From Eledone cirrhosa (taxonomy: Eukaryota): a stretch of DNA of 64,000 bases. Of the stretch, positions 1-13,550 are shown one piece after another. The notes under the pieces are model-generated. The model was not told where the DNA came from. It did not search any database and saw only the letters and a list, made by a program, of their open reading frames with translations. The number at the start of each line of letters is the position of its first letter. Within the stretch, counting starts at the first letter, position 1. The stretch spans positions 28,830,001 through 28,894,000 of the forward strand of contig OZ024749.1 of NCBI GenBank assembly GCA_964016885.1, in the 5' to 3' direction. The position numbers were made by a program, and so were the translations under genes.

Positions 1-479
1 GAAAGCTTGTCAAACAACGGGGTGGGAGGACCCCCTTCAGTCATGACAAGGCCGTGACAGCTTCCCTAGATTTACACAAACACACCCAGCACACGCTGTA
101 AAGTAGTTGGTGCAGGGAAGGGCATCCAACTATAGAAAGCCTGCCAAATAAAGAGTTGGGAGGACCCTTCACTCAATGAATCTGCCAGAATGCAGTAATG
201 CAAATGCAACTAATTGTTCAGAGTGTACACATTCTAGTTAATAGCAGGTATATATATATGATAGTCTTCAACTTTCACTGACAAGGCAACACTGGTCAAG
301 CTGAAGCTATATTAGATGATATCCTTGCTCAAGGTGACATGCAGGGTAAAGTAAACCCCTTAACCATGCATTATACTTTCACTTTTCCTTTTATCCTTGT
401 TCAGTATTTCTTTACATTACATAAGCTAAGTATCTTATCTGACGTACAAACTATTTTACAGTCCAGTTTAAATTAAAAA

Positions 480-1112
480 GGAAGTCTTAATTTCTTCAGC
501 CTTTCCCAGTAGCTCATTTTTACACTGGTCCAGTGTACCTTTGTTGTGGTGGTCCTATGTTTGTGGGTTGATAGTGGGGGGCTTGAAATTTGCCTGCATT
601 AAATTGCATATAGTTGTTTTCAGCCCATCTGTACAACATCTAAATCATGTTGTAAGAGAGTAGCATCAGCCAGTTTCTTGATTGCCTCTGCTACTTTCAT
701 GTCATCAGCATAGCTTGTGAAGGAGGCTGTCCGTATTATAAAGAGCATGTCTCAGAGAGCCACCACAAGCAGTAGTGGGCCCCAAGACAGTTCCCTAGGG
801 CATGCTGCTTGTTACTGACATTTCCTTTGAGAGGACCCCGTTAGCTGCAACAGTCTGGCTTCTGTCTTTTAAGAAGTCATGAAGCAATTCAACTAGTTTT
901 CCAGCTATGCCAAAGCTACGTAGTTTATGACATATGATCCGATGATCAACCTTCTTGAAAGCCTTTACAAAGTTGAGATATATCACATTTGAACAGTCTA
1001 GAAGCTGTTTGAGTATCCAGTCATAATACTGTAAGAGCTGTGTAAGACAACTTCTAGCTGGGTGAAGGCCATGCTGAGTGTCAGTTAGATGATTTTCCTC
1101 CAGAAAAGTGAT
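480..1112 (-). mobile_element. Decayed CR1/L2-clade LINE reverse transcriptase fragment
   Basis: Minus-strand translation gives YLNFVKAFKKVDH...KLRSFGI.G...DFLKDRSQTV, then GTVLGPLL, SYADD and SYWERLKKL, with stops and deletions. Confidence 0.85.
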
Positions 1113-1590
1113 CAGTTTCCTTCAGAAAAATATTCAAAATAATATCCCCCATTTAAACTCACAACAGAGTTGATGAAGGATCGTAATATGTGGAAAGATG
1201 CTGTGTTGAAAAGGATATGTTCAACCGATGCAAGCATGGCAAAATGGATGTAATGATGATGATGATGATGATATGTAGAAATTAACTTTGAGAGCTGAAT
1301 TGCAGCCAACTGTAGCAGTATAATCTGTAGAAAGTGTTGTCCAAGATGGACTTAACCAAGGTGGTGGACTTTATATATTGCCTGGTTTCACAACCCTGCT
1401 GGTTCTTCGGTGGGGACAATCTGTCACACAGTTTAATACCATCACCTGGTCCTTGGGTGGTAGACTTAATCTCTCACCCAGTTTAACACTACCACCTGGC
1501 TCTCTGCTGATAGTCTTAATCTGTCACCCAGTTTAATACCCTCCTGGCTCTTAGGTGGTATATAACCTGTTACCTGGATTAACACTATCC

Positions 1591-4026
1591 CACCCTTGGT
1601 ACTAACTACTGCACCCTTGGTACTAACTACTGCACCCTTGGTCTAACTATTGCACCCTTGGTACTAACTACTGCACCCTTGGTACTAACTACTGCACCCT
1701 TGGTCTAACTATTGCACCCTTGGTACTAACTATTGCACCCTTGGTACTAACTACTGCACCCTTGGTACTAACTACTGCACCCTTGGTCTAACTATTGCAC
1801 CCTTGGTACTAACTATTGCACCCTTGGTACTAACTACTGCACCCTTGGTACTAACTACTGCACCCTTGGTACTAACTACTGCACCCTTGGTCTAACTATT
1901 GCACCCTTGGTACAAACTATTGCACCCTTGGTACTAACTACTGCACTCTTGGTACTAACTACTGCACCCTTGGTCTAACTATTGCACCCTTGGTACTAAC
2001 TATTGCACCCTTGGTACTAACTACTGCACCCTTGGTACTAACTACTGCACCCTTGGTACTAACTACTGCACCCTTGGTACTAACTACTGCACCCTTGGTA
2101 CTAACTACTGCACCCTTGGTACTAACTGTTGCACCCTTGGTACTAACTGTTGCACCCTTGGTACTAACTGTTGCACCCTTGGTACTAACTGTTGCACCCT
2201 TGGTACTAACTACTGCACCCTTGGTACTAACTACTGCACCCTTGGTACAAACTATTGCACCCTTGGTACAAACTATTGCACCCTTGGTACTAACTACTGC
2301 ACCCTTGGTACTAACTACTGCACCCTTGGTACTAACTACTGCACCCTTGGTACTAACTACTGCACCCTTGGTACTAACTACTGCACCCTTGGTACTAACT
2401 ACTGCACCCTTGGTACTAACTACTGCACCCTTGGTACTAACTACTGCACCCTTGGTACTAACTACTGCACCCTTGGTACTAACTACTGCACCCTTGGTAC
2501 TAACTACTGCACCCTTGGTACTAACTACTGCACCCTTGGTACTAACTACTGCACCCTTGGTACTAACTACTGCACCCTTGGTACTAACTACTGCACCCTT
2601 GGTACTAACTACTGCACCCTTGGTACTAACTACTGCACCCTTGGTACTAACTACTGCACCCTTGGTACTAACTACTGCACCCTTGGTACTAACTACTGCA
2701 CCCTTGGTACTAACTACTGCACCCTTGGTACTAACTACTGCACCCTTGGTACTAACTACTGCACCCTTGGTACTAACTACTGCACCCTTGGTACTAACTA
2801 CTGCACCCTTGGTACTAACTACTGCACCCTTGGTACTAACTACTGCACCCTTGGTACTAACTACTGCACCCTTGGTACTAACTACTGCACCCTTGGTACT
2901 AACTACTGCACCCTTGGTACTAACTACTGCACCCTTGGTACTAACTACTGCACCCTTGGTACTAACTACTGCACCCTTGGTACTAACTGTTGCACCCTTG
3001 GTACTAACTGTTGCACCCTTGGTACTAACTACTGCACCCTTGGTACTAACTACTGCACCCTTGGTACTAACTATTGCACCCTTGGTACTAACTGTTGCAC
3101 CCTTGGTCTAACTATTGCACCCTTGGTACTAACTACTGCACCCTTGGTACTAACTATTGCACCCTTGGTACTAACTACTGCACCCTTGGTACTAACTATT
3201 GCACCCTTGGTACTAACTATTGCACCCTTGGTACTAACTATTGCACCCTTGGTACTAACTACTGCACCCTTGGTACTAACTACTGCACCCTTGGTACTAA
3301 CTATTGCACCCTTGGTACTAACTATTGCACCCTTGGTACTAACTGTTGCACCCTTGGTACTAACTACTGCACCCTTGGTACTAACTACTGCACACTTGGT
3401 ACTAACTACTGCACCCTTGGTACTAACTACTGCACCCTTGGTACTAACTGTTGCACCCTTGGTACTAACTACTGCACCCTTGGTACTAACTACTGCACCC
3501 TTGGTACTAACTATTGCACCCTTGGTACTAACTACTGCACCCTTGGTACTAACTACTGCACCCTTGGTACTAACTACTGCACCCTTGGTACTAACTATTG
3601 CACCCTTGGTACTAACTACTGCACTCTTGGTACTAACTACTGCACCCTTGGTACTAACTATTGCACCCTTGGTACTAACTACTGCACCCTTGGTACTAAC
3701 TACTGCACCCTTGGTACTAACTGTTGCACCCTTGGTACTAACTGTTGCACCCTTGGTACTAACTACTGCACCCTTGGTACTAACTGTTGCACCCTTGGTA
3801 CTAACTGTTGCACCCTTGGTACTAACTACTGCACCCTTGGTACTAACTATTGCACCCTTGGTACTAACTACTGCACCCTTGGTACTAACTACTGCACCCT
3901 TAGTACTAACTACTGCACCCTTGGTACTAACTATTGCACCCTTGGTACTAACTACTGCACCCTTGGTACTAACTACTGCACCCTTGGTACTAACTATTGC
4001 ACCCTTGGTACTAACTATTGCACCCT
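1591..4026. repeat. 21-bp minisatellite (CACCCTTGGTACTAACTACTG)n, about 115 copies
   Basis: Direct reading. Variants are TAT/TGT and a 1-nt deletion; the central block (about 2290-2985) is homogeneous. Confidence 0.98.
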
Positions 4027-4239
4027 CGTTACCAGCCAGTGTACAGCTTAAACTTCTCAGCTAATTTCATTAACGGCCCTCTTCCTTCTCCTCCCTCTCA
4101 TTAATTAGAGGGACTTTCTTTATCCCACACTAATTGACAGGAGAGCTGCCATGTTGCCAGCCAATGAAAAGACACTTCATTAGATAATCAAATTATAAAG
4201 AATGTTTTGTCATTTTCAGACCAATTTCATCCTCACAGA

Positions 4240-5150
4240 TATCTCCTTCTCTCTCTCACTATCTCTTTCTCCTTCCTTTTCCTCTCTCCTACGTCTCCTT
4301 CTCTCTCCCTCCTCTGTCACCTCCCTCTTTTCTTCTCTCCTTTTTTCTCTCCTCTCGCTTTTCATCCACTTTCTCACACTGTCTCTCTTACTCTAATGAG
4401 AGACAGGGATGGGGGAGCGTGAAAAGGGAGAGAAAAGGGAGAGGAAAGGGAGAGGAGAGAAAAAAGGAGAGACAGAAAGGGAGAGGAGAGAAAAAAGGAG
4501 AGACAGAAAGGGAGAAGGAAAGACAGAGAAGGAGAGAGGAGAAAGAAACGGAGGAGAGAGAGGAAACGGAGAGAGAAGAGACGGAGGAGAGAGAGGAGAC
4601 GGAGGAGAGAGAGGAGACGGAGGAGAGAGAGGAGAGACGGTGGAGAGAGAGGAGAGACGGTGGAGAGAGGAGAGAGACGGTGGAGAGAGGAGAGAGAGGG
4701 GAGAGAGACGGTGGAGAGAGGGGAGAGAGACGGTGGAGAGAGAGGAGAGAGACGGTGGAGACGGTGGAGAGAGAGGAGAGAGACGGTGGAGAGAGACGGT
4801 GGAGAGAGAGGAGAGAGACGGAGGAGACGGAGGAGAGAGAGGAGAGAGACGGAGGAGAGAGAGGAGAGAGACGGAGGAGAGAGAGGAGAGAGACGGAGGA
4901 GAGAGAGGAGAGAGACGGAGGAGAGAGAGGAGAGAGACGGAGGAGAGAGAGGAGAGAGACGTAGGAGAGAGAGGAGAGAGAGGAGAGAGACGGAGGAGAG
5001 TGAAAAAGAGAAGGAAGGAGAGAGAAATGGAGAAAACAGAAACAGAGGAGAGAGAGGTGACAAAAGAGAGAGGGGGTGAGGAGGAGAGGAGATGGCAGAG
5101 GAGAAGGAAGGGGAAGAATGAGAGAGAGAGAAGGAAGGAGAAAGAAGAAT
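4240..5150. repeat. CT-rich tract followed by a GA-rich tract with GGAGAGAGAGGAGAGAGACGG-like units
   Basis: Direct reading. Confidence 0.95.
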
Positions 5151-5249
5151 GAAAGACATCCTTTGATAAGCAATTAAGAAAATACTTCTTCATTTTCATT
5201 CGTCTATTAAGTCTTGTTCATAATTTGTCTACAATTGTTTTAATTCATT

Positions 5250-6405
<1,156 letters not shown>

Positions 6406-6494
6406 GATATACAATTCTTTTATTAAACTATTATTTTCAATCTTTATTCAGATTTGTTAACAATTACATTATCTAAGACAATGGGTAGAATACA

Positions 6495-7065
6495 GTGGAT
6501 GGTGGTGGTGGTGGTGGTGGTGGTGATAATGGTAGTGTTAGTGGTGGCGGTGGAGGTAGTGCCGGTGGAGATGGTAGTGGAGGTTGTGGTTGTGGTAATG
6601 ATGGTTATAATGGTAGTGTTAGTGGTGGTGGTGGTAATGATGGTGATAATGGTAGTGTTAGTGGTGGTGGTGGTAATGATGGTGATAATGGTAGTGTTAG
6701 TGGTGGCGGTGGAGGTAGTGTCGGTGGAGGTAGTGTCGGTGGAGATGGTAGTGGAGGTGGTGGTGGTGGTAATGATGGTTATAATGGTAGTGTTAGTGGT
6801 GGTGGTGGTAATGATGGTGATAATGGTAGTGTTAGTGGTGGTGGTGGTAATGATGGTGATAATGGTAGTGTTAGTGGTGGCGGTGGAGGTAGTGTCGGTG
6901 GAGGTAGTGTCGGTGGAGATGGTAGTGGAGGTGGAGGTGGTGGTTGTGGTGATAGTGGCGGTGGTAACAGTGAAGGTGGTGGTAGTGGCAGTTATGGAGG
7001 TGACAGGGATGGTGGAGACAGTAGAGGCGGTGGTAGTGGTGGAGGCATTGGTGGTGGTGCTGATG
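6495..7065. repeat. GGT/GAT trinucleotide-derived low-complexity repeat with internal higher-order duplications
   Basis: Direct reading. Confidence 0.93.
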
Positions 7066-7389
7066 ACAATAATTGTCAAGAGAGAACCATTAAACATGAT
7101 ATTTATATTTTTTAAATAAATCCTGGCAGTAAATTACCAATATTGGTTATTAGAATTATCCAAGAATTATTGGTTTTAAGTAATTCTACATGGAAATCTA
7201 TTCTTGCACAAATGATCCCTTTTATTATTATTATTGATTTCTACTATAGGCACAAGGCCAGCAGTTTGGGGGAGGGGGGCGATTAAATCGACCCCAGTGC
7301 ATTACTGGTGCTTTATTTTATCGACCTCGTAAGGATGGAAGCAAAGCTAACCTCGGCAATATTTGAACTCAGAATGTAAAAATCATTAT

Positions 7390-8087
7390 TCATCATCACC
7401 ATCATCACCGTTTTATGTCCGTTCTTCCACGCTAGCACGGGTAGACGGGTTGTCCTGTTGTGGGCAGTGTCTGGTCGGCTGACCATGCCTTGCTTATACG
7501 GGAACTAAATCTGGCTTGATTTCTACAGCTGGATACCCTTCCTAACACCAACTTCATTTACAGTGAGTGTTGGGTGCTTTTTTTCGTGGCGCCTACACGT
7601 CCACTTTACAGTGTGGGCTGGGTGCTTTTTTGCCGTGGCACCTCCACGACCACTTTGCAGTGGGAGGGTGTGGGGGGCATATTGTCTATATACTTCAGCT
7701 TCGGCTTGTACCCGTGGGGGTTCGGGTCTTCTGTATTATTGCATGACGCCAGAGGTCACGGTCGGGTGTCATCGCCCTTGAGAGGTGTAATTGGGTAAGG
7801 TCGGCTTTTATCACCTCATCCCAGGTCTTCTTGGGTCTCCCCACTCCGCGGTTTCCATCGACTTCTGATGCACTGCACCTTTTTATGCAGCTGTCATCCT
7901 TCATACGCATCAAATGTCCATACCAACGCAACCGCCTCTCCTGCACAAAGCATTTGATTCCTCTTATGCTCAGTCTCTCTCTCAATTCGTTTATGCTTTG
8001 CCGTTCACGTATATTACTATTACACATCCATCGGAGCATGCAGGCTTCGTTTCTTTCTAATCTACGCAAGTCTTCGACAGACAGCAT
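7390..8087 (-). mobile_element. 5'-truncated RTE-clade LINE (ORF C-terminus, 3' UTR and (ATG)n tail)
   Basis: ORF 7695..8087 (RRLERNEACMLRWMCN...RLRWYGH..RM...GRPKKTW) is closely similar to the end of the 51322..53703 ORF. Confidence 0.92.
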
Positions 8088-8094
8088 TATTATT

Positions 8095-8617
8095 GAGTAT
8101 TGCCCTGCCCTCTTCCTTTAGCCGGGAAGGGCAGGCAGTTTTTATCTGTCTGGTGGCCATGGCGAAAGAGATAGTATGGTGGACACGTTTGAAAGGGCTG
8201 AAGACAAGCACTTAGCTCTTCGGTGATGCCCTGATTAACTTTTTCAAATTTCATTTGAAAAGGAAAATCAGAGTAGAGAGGGAAGTGCTCTCTTCCCAGC
8301 ATTTTGTTGAAAGATGGGTGAGAGAGGCAAGAATGGCCTGAGTGAATGGGCCTACTCTGAGTATGTCTCTGTAAATTAAAGGTGGAAAACTGGGAGAGGG
8401 CACTTGCCCTGGTGGTCAGGGTCACTGCGACTTTTTAATGGGCTTTCTCCACGAATGTCCCTCGGAAGTCTCCCCCTTATTGGGGAATTTTTTCATTGTT
8501 CTATTATTACATCCTCTGTTTTTTGTTTTTTTTTACATGCAGAAATGCCCTTTTGTACCGTCCTGTACTGTCCTTAATGTCTACTTTGTTTAAACCCTTG
8601 TGGTTAATAAAGAAAGC
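8095..8617 (+). mobile_element. 3' end of a Tx1/L1-clade LINE
   Basis: Plus frame reads FICLVAMAKEIVWWTRLKG...FFKFHLKRKIRVERE...FVERW with two stops. A T-rich 3' UTR with AATAAA follows; ATT repeats flank both sides. Confidence 0.6.
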
Positions 8618-8649
8618 ATTATTATTATTATTATTATTGTTGTTCCCTT

Positions 8650-9140
8650 TACGTTCTGAGTTCAAATCCCACTGAGGTTAGCTTTGCCTTTCATCCTTAG
8701 AGGGTTGATAAAAATTAAAGCACCAGTAATGCACTGGGATCGATTTAATCAACTTTCCCGTCCCCTTCAAATTGCTGGCCTTGTGCCTATACTAGAAATC
8801 ATTATTATTATTATTCCCCCAGGCGGTGGATTGGCAGTATCGGTAGAGGGTTGGACGCCATGCTTTCGAGCATAGTTACGTCCCTTTACAATCTGAGTTC
8901 AAATCCCGCCGAGGTTGTCTTTGCCTTTCATCCTTACGGGGTCGATAAAATAAAGTACCAGTAATGCACTGGGTAATTGCTGGCCTTGTGCCTAAAGTAG
9001 AAACAATTATTATTATTATTCCCTTTATGTTCTGAGTTCAAATCCCGCCGAGGTTAACTTTATCTTTCATCCTTCCAGGGTCGATGAAATAGAGTACCAG
9101 TAACGCACTGGATTCATAAAATCGAATTCCCCTTCAAATG
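8650..9140 (+). mobile_element. Three head-to-tail tRNA-derived SINEs (family A); full copy about 8822-9020
   Basis: A box TGGCAGTATCGG, B box GAGTTCAAATCCC, core CTTTGCCTTTCATCCTT..GGGTCGATAAAATAAAGTACCAG (resembles the Deu/Nin domain), (ATT)n tail. Confidence 0.88.
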
Positions 9141-9229
9141 TGTTCAAATGTCAAAACTAGTTTCTCTCTCTCTCTCTCTCATACACACACACACACACAA
9201 AAGAACCTGTAACTCAAGGAAATACATAC

Positions 9230-10030
9230 ACAGACACACACACAGGTAACAAGGTAACAGTACAAATACACACAGGTAACAGAACACATACACACACATG
9301 TAACAGTATACACACAAAGGTAAGAGAACACACACAGGTAACAACACACACAGGTAACAACACACACAGGTAACAACACAAACAGGTAACAACACACAGG
9401 TAACAATACACACAGGTAACAACACACACAGGTGACAACACACACAGGTGACAACACACACAGGTAACAACACACACAGGTAACAATACAGACACAGGTA
9501 ACAATACAGACACAGGTAACAGTACAGACACAGGTAACAATACAGACACAGGTAACAGTACACACACACAGGTAATAACACACACACAGGTAACAACACA
9601 CACAGGTGACAACACACAGGTAACAATACAGACACAGGTAACAGTACACACACACAGGTAATAACACACACAGGTAACAATACAGACACAGGTAACAATA
9701 CAGACACAGGTAACAGTACACACACAGAGGTAATAACACACACAGGTAATAACACACACAGGTAACAATACAGACACAGGGAACAGTACACACACACAGG
9801 TAATAACACACACAGGTAACAACACACACAGGTAACAATACAGACACAGGTAACAATACAGACACAGGTAACAATACAGACACACAGGTGACAACACAGA
9901 CACACAGGTGACAACACAGGTAACAATACACACACAGGTAACAGTACACACACACAGGTGACAACACACACAGGTAACAGCACACACACACACACAGGTT
10001 ATAACACACAGGTAACAAGGTAACAGTACA
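9230..10030. repeat. Minisatellite of variable 15-21 bp units (ACACAGGTAACAATAC-like)
   Basis: Direct reading. Confidence 0.95.
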
Positions 10031-10999
10031 GAAAACGAGGTTGTTTCTTCTTCAAAATAAACACCCATCAAGAAAATTAACAGAACTTCTCTTCTTTTAA
10101 GTTAAACTAATGAAAAGTGATTAACAATTATCTAAAACGAATTTCACACAGACTCAACAAAGAGTCTGAAAATAGATGAAGTAGAAAAGAGGAATAATGA
10201 AAACATTTGCTAATATAATAAATGGAAAAATAGGAGGGAAATATTAAATGTTTCCCATTATCACTTAACATGGCATTGAAGAGAGAGAGAAGAGATCCTT
10301 TTTAATTTCAAATGACGGCAATATTAATAATGAGATCTTTATAGATTCGTACACATTATATTACAAATGACCAATAGAATATTTTTCAATGAAATATTTA
10401 AGAAAAAAAATGTCAACCAATGTGCAAAGATGACGAGGTGAAATTAAAAGGAACGTTTAAACAAAATGAAAGAAAAAAAAAATGGCTTCTTTTAACAAAA
10501 GCTATTTTGTTTGATTGCCTATTTAAGGTTATGATTCTATCTCTCTCTCTTTTTTTATGACTTTAACCTTTTACTGTTTATATTTATATTCATATTCATT
10601 GAAATTTTTTGTTCATTTGTTTTGATTTCATTCTAATTTTGTATTTTGTTTGGTTTTTCAACATTTTTCTTGTGAAATTGAATGAGATTGTACTTGACAA
10701 AAAAACGGTCCATCAGTAAATCTTATTATGATTAAAAGACAGACAAACAACATTTCAGACGGGCTTTCTACTTTCTTTTCGTTAAGAAATTATATTCATA
10801 GACATGCTTTATTGAAGTGAACAAAAGACTTTAATATCTGCAAGAGTTCAATCTATAGAGTGCTTACTATTTCACTCCATTTAGGAAACAACTTCTCCAT
10901 ATATTGATATTTCTTAATTTTATTTCACTGAAAAATTACTTAATTGCCATGTCAAAGAGCTCTGTACAAACTTAGAGGAAGTGGCTTCTATCTCTCCAC

Positions 11000-11042
<43 letters not shown>

Positions 11043-11501
11043 CTTTCTCCACCCACCACTTCCTCTCTTTATCTCTCATATTTATATATATAATCTCTCT
11101 CCATCTCTCACCCCTATCACTCTCTCTCTTATATATATATATATATATATATATATGGCCCCACTATTATTTTTATCTATCTGGCTTTTTTCTCTTGTTC
11201 CCCTCACTCTGTGTGAGTGTGTGTGTATATATATATGTATGTGTGTGTGTGTGTATATATGTATGTGTGTGAGTTCCAAGTTCAATTGGGGGTAACCACA
11301 GTTAGTAAGGTACTCAATACATTAGTAGAATGTAAACATGTTTAATATAGAAATCATCAGGGCTTTCCTGATGATTTCTTTTGCATGAAACAGTTCTAGT
11401 CCTGTAGAAGCCATTTCTATATTAAACATGAATTCCCTTCCTCTCTCTCTCTCTCTTGTTCCTTCGCCCACTACACCGCCACTAGCCCTGCCCTTCCACC
11501 A

Positions 11502-11539
<38 letters not shown>

Positions 11540-12199
11540 CATATACCCCCCTCACCCAAACCTCCCCTCCCCATCACTACAATACTCCCCCCCCCTCCCC
11601 ACACCACCCATCTATTCATTCATCCAGCTAATTTTTTACATCTTTGTTACATTGTGGTTGTTGACTGACATCATGTTATCACATTACAGCTCTCTTACTT
11701 TCTCACTCTGCATCACACACACACGTGTGTGTGTGTGTGTGTGTGCATCTCTTTCACACACAATGTATGTGTGTGTGCATCTATCTCATCTAACTCTGCC
11801 TCACACACGCAATAAATATATATATATATATATATATATGAGTGCGTGTGTGTGTGTGTATCCCATCTCACTCTCTGCATCACACACACACACCTGTATC
11901 TCTTTATATATCCTCTCTCCCTTCTTTGCCATACACACACACACACACACCATGTCTTTATACATGCAATATATGCCTCTCCCACTATCTACCTAAAGCT
12001 TACATCTACCACAGTTTTCTATGTCTGTATATGTCTCTCTCACTACCTCCCTCCCTATCTATCTATCTCTTGTCTACCAATGTTTACTATGTCATGTGTG
12101 TGTGTGTGTGTATCTCCCTCCCTCACCATCACCACCACCTCTCATCTGCCCCCTTTTTCTGTGTATATGTCTCTCTCTCACTACCTCTCCCTCGCTCTA

Positions 12200-12880
12200 T
12201 TTAACTATCTATCTATCTATCTATCTCTCATCTGCCACTGTTTTCTATGTAAGTCTCTCCCTCACTACCTCCATCCCTTTATCTACCTCTCTATCTAGCC
12301 ATCTACCTATCTATCTAGCCATCTATCCATCTATCTATCTATCTATCATCTGCCACTGTTCTCTCTATATATATATGTCTCTCTCTCACCTGCTCTATCT
12401 ATCTATCTATCTATCTATCTCCAATCTGCCACTGTTTTCTATGTATGTCTCTCTCACTACATCTCTCTCACCTGCTCTATCTATCTATCTATCTATCTAT
12501 CTCCAATCTGCCACTGTTTTCTATGTATGTCTCTCTCACTACATCTCTCTCACCTGCTCTATCTATCTATCTATCTATCTCCAATCTGCCACTGTTTTCT
12601 ATGTATGTCTCTCTCACTACCTCTCTCTCACCTGCTCTATCTATCTATCTATCTATCTCCAATCTGCCACTGTTTTCTATGTATGTCTCTCTCACTACCT
12701 CTCTCTCACCTGCTCTATCTATCTATCTCCAATCTGCCACTGTTTTCTATGTATGTCTCTCTCACTACCTCACTCTCAGCTGCTCTATCTATCTATCTAT
12801 CTATCTCCAATCTGCCACTGTTTTCTATGTATGTCTCTCTCACTACCTCACTCTCAGCTGCTCTATCTATCTATCTATCT
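12200..12880. repeat. About 80-bp tandem unit with an embedded variable (CTAT)n tract
   Basis: CCAATCTGCCACTGTTTTCTATGTATGTCTCTCTCACTAC recurs at least 6 times. Confidence 0.93.
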
Positions 12881-12984
12881 CTGTTCACTCCACCACAGAA
12901 GCCATTTTAGATAATTTACTTTAAAAGCTTTTGTCACTAAAAATAAATAAACACCAATAAAAAATAAAAAGATTAAAAAAAAGT

Positions 12985-13512
12985 AACTATACACCCACTC
13001 TATATATACATACACACACGTATACATATACATACAGACACATATATACACATATATACACACACATATATATATATGCACACACATGTATACATATATA
13101 TATATACACACATATACATATATATATACACACATATACATATATATATATATACACACACACAGATGTATACATATACATATATATACACACACATATA
13201 TATATATATATACACATACAGATGTATACATATACATACACACAGACATACATACATATATATATATACACATACAGATGTATACATATACATACACACA
13301 GACATACATACATATATATATATACACACAAACATGTATATATATATACATATATATACATGCACATATATATATATGTACCCACACATACATATATTTA
13401 TATGTACACACACACACACATGTATACACACACACCCACACACATGTATACACACACACCCACCCACACATGTATACACACACACCCACACACACATATA
13501 TATGTGTGTATA

Positions 13513-13545
<33 letters not shown>

Positions 13546-13550
13546 CATAT
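12985..13550. repeat. TA/CA compound microsatellite
   Basis: Direct reading. Confidence 0.95.

Noticed and set aside
1990-4064. Long ORFs (VLTTAPL)n and (GTNYCTL)n; possible mucin or CRISPR array
   Set aside because: A 21-bp unit is open by arithmetic. There is no true ATG context, signal peptide or splice support, and no unique spacers or cas genes.
10868-10927. Exon-shaped segment (cag...gtaag) on the minus strand as a possible ATP6AP2 exon 7
   Set aside because: In phase 0 it starts with TGA and shows no similarity to the expected ATP6AP2 sequence.
11351-11393. CTGATGA...GAAA with an 11-bp hairpin, possible hammerhead ribozyme
   Set aside because: No valid stem II or stem III, and the CTGATGA is itself sequestered in the hairpin.
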